DNA of 26,501 nucleotides from Patescibacteria group bacterium (GTDB lineage Bacteria; Patescibacteriota; Microgenomatia; Levybacterales; UBA12049): NCBI GenBank assembly GCA_018900295.1, contig JAHIGH010000171.1, positions 1 to 26,501 of the forward strand, read 5' to 3'. Shown piece by piece: positions 21,892 to 26,501 of this stretch (position 1 is its first letter; each line of letters starts with the position of its first letter). The notes under the pieces were generated by a model. It saw only the letters and a program-made list of their open reading frames with translations, ran no database searches and was not told where the DNA came from. The position numbers and the translations under genes were made by a program.

Positions 21892-24800
21892 TGAATAAAA
21901 ACATAACCAAAGATCTCAATATTTCAGACTTTAAGTCGCTAAAACTTCTATTAGCTCAAAATGAGGATATTCTTCAATGGTCTTACGGAGAAGTCACCAA
22001 ACCGGAAACCATTAATTATCGTACACTTCGTCCGGAAAAAGACGGATTATTTGATGAAAGAATTTTTGGACCGACCAAAGATTGGGAATGTTATTGCGGT
22101 AAATACAAAAGAATTAGATATAGAGGTATTGTCTGTGACAAATGCGGTGTTGAAGTAACTCTTTCCCGGGTGAGGAGAGAGAGATTGGGCCATATTAATC
22201 TTGCCTCGCCTGTTGGGCATGTATGGTTCTTTAAAGGAGCATCTTCGTCATTGGCTCTATTATTAGATATTCCGCAAAAAAATCTTGAATCAATTATTTA
22301 TTACGCGTCATATTTAATTACAAAAATTGATGAAGAAAAGAAAAAAGAGGCCCTCGAATTATTTATCAACAATATTCAGAAAAGAAAAGATGCGCTGCAA
22401 AAAAAGAAACTGGACGAAGAAGAGCGGATCAATAAAGAAGCAGAAGATAAGAAAAATGAATTAAAATCTACCGTGAAAGAACGCAAACAGCTCATTCTTG
22501 AAGAAGTGGAACTCACTAGGAAACAAAAAATAATGCACGCCGGTGAATCAGTTGATTCGGAATCCGGTAAGATTGATGAAATTTCCGAAACCTTTACAAA
22601 GTTGCTAAAAAGCCTTCGTGTTGGCAGCGTCTTGTCTGAGGACGAATATTTCAAGCTTCTCGAATACGACATACCAATCTTCTTTACAATCAAAACCGGT
22701 GCGGAGGCATTTCCTGAAATAATTAACAACCTTGATTTATCCAAACTTATCGCCTACCTTCGTACCGAATCGGAAAAAACAACAGGCCAGCGCTATTTAA
22801 AAATTGTAAAGCGGCTTAGGTTGATTGAAAATATGCGTAAAGCAGGCGTAAGTCCTTCAGCAATGGTACTATCTGCTATTCCGGTTATTCCCCCTGACCT
22901 TCGTCCGATGGTACAACTCTCCGGTGGAAGATTTGCGACCTCGGATCTTAACGATTTATATAGAAGAGTAATTAATCGTAATAATAGATTAAAGCATCTA
23001 TTATTACTCGGTGCGCCGGAAATAATTCTTCGCAACGAAAAAAGAATGCTGCAGGAATCGGTTGACGCGCTCATAGATTCTTCACAAAGAACCAATCAAA
23101 CAGCAGCAACTACCCTGCGTTCGCTATCAGATATGTTGCGCGGAAAACAAGGGCGTTTCCGCCAAAATCTTCTTGGAAAACGCGTTGATTATTCAGGCCG
23201 CTCTGTTATCGTTGTCGGTCCGGAGCTTGAGTTATCTCAATGCGGATTACCCAAGGAAATGGCTCTTGAGATGTTTAAGCCCTTTATCCTTCGCGAAGTC
23301 ATCATCAGGGGACTCGCGACAAATATTAAATCAGCCAAGCGCTACATCGAGAGGCGCCCGCCGGAAGTATTCGATATTCTCGAAGAAATTACCAAAGAAC
23401 ATCCGATCCTTCTCAATCGTGCGCCAACCTTGCACAAATTAGGTATCCAAGCCTTCTATCCGGTTCTAATAGAAGGATCAGCAATCCAGCTTCATCCTTG
23501 TGTTTGTGCCGGCTATAATGCGGACTTTGACGGAGACCAGATGGCTGTCCATATCCCTTTATCTAAAAAAGCACAGGAAGAAGCGATAAGGCTAATGATG
23601 CCGGCGCATAATTTACTCAAGCCGGCCAATGGCGATCCTATTACTCTTCCAAATAAAGAAATGGCGCTTGGTATCTATTACATGACCAGTCTTGATGAAT
23701 CAATCCGTAAAAATGAAGAGATTCAGCAATATTTCAGCAATACCAATAATACGCTGCTTGCGTATGATCTTGGCAAAATTAAATTGCGTGAACCGGTCAA
23801 GGTTCGGGTCGGTATCCATGGAAAAGAAAAAGTTATTGAAACCAGTGCCGGAAGACTGAAATTCAATGAATTATTACCTGCTGATTTTGGATTTATCAAC
23901 GAAAACATCAATGCTTCAGTTATCAAACAGATCACAACAAAAGCAATGAAAATGTACCCATCGGATCAAGTTGCAAAGCTTATTGATAAAATTAAAAATC
24001 TCGGTTTCTTTGCGGCAACAGTTTCAGGTATCAGTGTTTCGGTATTTGATAACGTGATTATTCCCGAAAAAGCTGAACTCGTAAATAAATCAGAGAAAAA
24101 GGCAGCTGCGATTGATGAAGAATATCAACGGGGACTTATTACTTTGAGCGAAAAGAAAAGGCTTTCAAATGAGGTTTGGATGAAAGCAACAGATGAAATA
24201 GCTAACCTGACATGGAATAATCTAAAATCAGAAAATCCGATCAAGATCAGTATTGATTCAGGAGGAACAAGGGCGGGCGTCGAACAACTCAAGCAGCTTT
24301 CAGCGATTAGAGGATTGATTGTCGACCCATTAGGTAAAATTGTTGAGTTGCCGATTAAATCAAACTTCCGGGAAGGATTATCCATTTTCGAATATGTCGC
24401 GTCCGCTCGTGGTTCAAGAAAGGGATTGACAGATTCTGCCCTTAAGACTGCGAATGCGGGATATCTTACTAGAAGGTTGGTAGACGTTGCGCATGAAGTT
24501 ATTATTAGGAAAGAAGATTGCGGAACAAAAGAAGGATTATTAATCAGTAAAAATGACAAAGACCGTACAAGCAAGCTTGTGGATAGGGTTCTTGGAAGAA
24601 TTCTGGCAGAAAATATTGTATCTAAGAAGACAAAGAAAATAATTCTCAAGGCCGGAGATGAAATAAATGAAGAAAATGCGGTAATTATAGAAAAAAACGA
24701 AATTACACAAGTTACTGTTCGTACGCCTTTGCTTTGTAAACTTGCTTATGGATTATGCGCCAACTGTTATGGTTGGGATATGTCAACCAAACACAAAATA

Positions 24801-25667
24801 GAACAGGGCGTTCCAATCGGAGTTATTGCCGCGCAAAGTATCGGGGAGCCGGGAACACAGCTGACAATGAAGGTGAAGCATTATGGAGGCATCGTTATGT
24901 CAGACGTTACACAAGGCTTGCCTCGTGTAGAAGAACTCTTTGAAATGCGTACGCCCAAAAACCTGGCGGTTATTTCTGAAATAACAGGTAAAATAAAAAT
25001 TGAAACAACCAATGAGGGCCATCTTATTCAGGTCAAAAATACCCGGATCAAGCCAATTGAAGCTCAGGAATACTTCGTTCCGCTTTCAACAGTGCTCACG
25101 GTTGCTGATGGAGATGAGATAACAGCAGGTACACCGCTCGCTGAAGGAGATCTTGATCCAAAAGAAGTACTCAAGATCGGCGGCCTGTTAATGGTTCAAC
25201 ATTATCTGATTACAGAGGTACAAAAAGTATATGAATCTCAAGGAATTGGTATCAATGATAAGCATTTCGAAGTCATTATTCGCAAGATGTCGGATAAAAT
25301 AATTGTAGAAAGCGTAGGCGATACCTCCCTTATTCCGGGAGACTTTATTACCAAGGCTAGATTTGAAGAAATAAACGCGGAAGTACTCTCAGAGGGCGGA
25401 GAGCCGGCAACCGGACGGCAAATAACTTTAGGTATTACTAAATCAGCGTTATTCTCCGATTCATGGCTTTCGGCTGCATCCTTCCAGGAGACAACCAGAG
25501 TACTCACGGAAGCGGCTCTCGAAGGACGGGAAGACAAACTCCTGGGCTTGAAAGAAAATGTTATTCTCGGCCGTCTTATTCCCGTAGCCGGAATGGACGC
25601 GGAAGAACCTTCAACACAAAGTGCACAGCCGGTTCAACAACCAAAAACACAAGAAGCAACTGCGTAG
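21891..25667 (+). CDS. rpoC: DNA-directed RNA polymerase subunit beta'
   Basis: CYCGKYK..CDKC zinc finger, NADFDGDQM catalytic motif, GEPGTQLTM trigger helix. SD GGAGGAG at 21877-21883 and TAATG overlap with rpoB. Confidence 0.98.
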   Translation: MNKNITKDLNISDFKSLKLLLAQNEDILQWSYGEVTKPETINYRTLRPEKDGLFDERIFGPTKDWECYCGKYKRIRYRGIVCDKCGVEVTLSRVRRERLGHINLASPVGHVWFFKGASSSLALLLDIPQKNLESIIYYASYLITKIDEEKKKEALELFINNIQKRKDALQKKKLDEEERINKEAEDKKNELKSTVKERKQLILEEVELTRKQKIMHAGESVDSESGKIDEISETFTKLLKSLRVGSVLSEDEYFKLLEYDIPIFFTIKTGAEAFPEIINNLDLSKLIAYLRTESEKTTGQRYLKIVKRLRLIENMRKAGVSPSAMVLSAIPVIPPDLRPMVQLSGGRFATSDLNDLYRRVINRNNRLKHLLLLGAPEIILRNEKRMLQESVDALIDSSQRTNQTAATTLRSLSDMLRGKQGRFRQNLLGKRVDYSGRSVIVVGPELELSQCGLPKEMALEMFKPFILREVIIRGLATNIKSAKRYIERRPPEVFDILEEITKEHPILLNRAPTLHKLGIQAFYPVLIEGSAIQLHPCVCAGYNADFDGDQMAVHIPLSKKAQEEAIRLMMPAHNLLKPANGDPITLPNKEMALGIYYMTSLDESIRKNEEIQQYFSNTNNTLLAYDLGKIKLREPVKVRVGIHGKEKVIETSAGRLKFNELLPADFGFINENINASVIKQITTKAMKMYPSDQVAKLIDKIKNLGFFAATVSGISVSVFDNVIIPEKAELVNKSEKKAAAIDEEYQRGLITLSEKKRLSNEVWMKATDEIANLTWNNLKSENPIKISIDSGGTRAGVEQLKQLSAIRGLIVDPLGKIVELPIKSNFREGLSIFEYVASARGSRKGLTDSALKTANAGYLTRRLVDVAHEVIIRKEDCGTKEGLLISKNDKDRTSKLVDRVLGRILAENIVSKKTKKIILKAGDEINEENAVIIEKNEITQVTVRTPLLCKLAYGLCANCYGWDMSTKHKIEQGVPIGVIAAQSIGEPGTQLTMKVKHYGGIVMSDVTQGLPRVEELFEMRTPKNLAVISEITGKIKIETTNEGHLIQVKNTRIKPIEAQEYFVPLSTVLTVADGDEITAGTPLAEGDLDPKEVLKIGGLLMVQHYLITEVQKVYESQGIGINDKHFEVIIRKMSDKIIVESVGDTSLIPGDFITKARFEEINAEVLSEGGEPATGRQITLGITKSALFSDSWLSAASFQETTRVLTEAALEGREDKLLGLKENVILGRLIPVAGMDAEEPSTQSAQPVQQPKTQEATA

Positions 25668-25779
25668 AGTAATTTTCAGTTTTTAATTTTTATTCAAATC
25701 TCAATTTTAAAGATTTTAAATTAAATAATTGAAAATTCAACAAAAAAACTAAAAAAACATACGAAATAAGAATAAAGTA

Positions 25780-25806
25780 TGTTATAATACTGAAGATTAA
25801 AAGGAG
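25780..25806 (+). promoter_or_regulatory. Extended -10 promoter and SD for rpsL
   Basis: TG-T-TATAAT (25780-25788) and AAGGAG (25801-25806) 6 nt before ATG 25813. No clear -35. Confidence 0.6.
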
Positions 25807-25812
25807 AAATTT

Positions 25813-26244
25813 ATGCCGACATTGTCACAATTATCCAAAAGAGGAAGACAAAAAAGAATTAAAAAGACACGATCAACAGCGCTCAAAAGACTTTTTAATG
25901 CCAAAGATCGGGTTTACAAAGAAGCGAATTCTCCGCAAAAACGTGGTGTTGTTACATTGGTGAAAACCATGACACCAAAAAAACCAAATTCGGCGCTGCG
26001 TAAAGTTGCCCGTATCAAACTATCCAACAAAACCGAAGTTACAGCCTATATTCAAGGAGTTGGTCACACTCTTTCCGAACACGGTATTGTGCTCGTGAGA
26101 GGCGGACGTGTCCGTGACTTACCCGGAGTAAAATATCATTTAGTTCGCGGAAAATATGATCTACTTGGAGTTGAGGGAAGAAAATCTTCAAGAAGTATAT
26201 ACGGTACCAAATTACAAAAAGCAGGAGGTTCCACCTCCAAATAA
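25813..26244 (+). CDS. rpsL: 30S ribosomal protein S12
   Basis: [38 protein letters not shown]. Confidence 0.98.
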   Translation: MPTLSQLSKRGRQKRIKKTRSTALKRLFNAKDRVYKEANSPQKRGVVTLVKTMTPKKPNSALRKVARIKLSNKTEVTAYIQGVGHTLSEHGIVLVRGGRVRDLPGVKYHLVRGKYDLLGVEGRKSSRSIYGTKLQKAGGSTSK

Positions 26245-26253
26245 TATAAATAC

Positions 26254-26309
26254 AAGCCTTACGTTTTAAGCCTTATGTCATAAGTCTTACGTCTTAAGTC
26301 TTAAGTCTA
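26254..26309. repeat. Eight tandem degenerate 7-mers (consensus AAGTCTT) between rpsL and rpsG
   Basis: AAGCCTT ACGTTTT AAGCCTT ATGTCAT AAGTCTT ACGTCTT AAGTCTT AAGTCTA. Confidence 0.85.
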
Positions 26310-26312
26310 ATC

Positions 26313-26501
26313 ATGAGACACAAAAAAGCTGAAAAAAGACAAATAGAACCGGATACAATTTACAATAATTTATTAGTCGCCAAACTTATTAATTATATTA
26401 TGTTTGACGGCAAAAAGAATGCTGCGCAGCAGCAAGTGTACGCGGCGCTTGATATTCTCAAAGCCAAAGGCGAAGATCCTGTCAAGGTTATGGAAAAAGC
26501 C
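26313..26501 (+). CDS. rpsG: 30S ribosomal protein S7 (5' partial, runs off window)
   Basis: MRHKKAEKRQIEPDTIYNNLLVAKLINYIMFDGKKNAAQQQVYAAL matches the S7 N-terminus (R....PD..Y...LV...IN..M.DGKK..A..I.Y.A) and follows rpsL. Confidence 0.95.
   Translation, partial: MRHKKAEKRQIEPDTIYNNLLVAKLINYIMFDGKKNAAQQQVYAALDILKAKGEDPVKVMEKA

Noticed and set aside
339-25672. Numerous short ORFs on the minus strand or in alternative frames (e.g. 1450-1665, 6293-6607, 7477-7677, 15545-15961, 24125-24649)
   Set aside because: All overlap well-supported long plus-strand genes and show no motifs. The VGVGVG ORF at 7477-7677 is simply the antisense of the Pro/Thr linker.
25668-25760. Intrinsic terminator after rpoC
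   Set aside because: Only AT-rich imperfect inverted repeats (AATTTTCAGTT/AATTGAAAATT), with no GC stem followed by a U-run.
1-26501. tRNA, rRNA, CRISPR array or transposase/integrase genes
   Set aside because: None recognisable. Intergenic gaps are short and accounted for by the repeats listed.

Overview
AT-rich bacterial window, most likely from a Patescibacteria/CPR (Microgenomates-like) genome. The taxonomy is inferred from the compact, divergent RpoB/RpoC, the absence of rplJL before rpoB and the PT-rich secreted proteins; it was not searched. Left part (1-3304): 3' end of an unknown gene, a CheD/CNF1-like Cys-His hydrolase, an EamA transporter and an atypical Fic-wHTH gene behind a near-consensus promoter with five TAGACT repeats. 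Centre (3392-13531): a polymorphic toxin locus. A secreted DUF11-like Ig protein precedes a 1750-aa signal-peptide RHS/YD protein (DUF1598-like N-domain, DUF6531, YD shell interrupted by a Pro/Thr linker, a CARDB domain and an internal copy of the leader motif, then RHS core and Tox-REase-7-like tip) and its HEAT-like immunity gene. A cassette array follows: colicin E5-like tRNase with ImmE5/Imm40-like immunity, an extra Cys-rich gene, a shell-less mini-RHS with its own homologous leader plus WapA-like tRNase and WapI-like immunity, and a frameshifted, truncated last cassette. Two leaderless cassettes start right after a shared 37-bp motif. Next come a type III R-M pair in res-mod order and the core genes rpoB-rpoC-rpsL-rpsG (partial), which carry natural substitutions at rifampicin-pocket, trigger-loop and streptomycin positions. 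Three GTCAT...ATGAC REP-like palindromes, each with a nested mini-hairpin, lie in intergenic gaps. All family assignments come from motif recognition and remembered reference sequences, not database searches.
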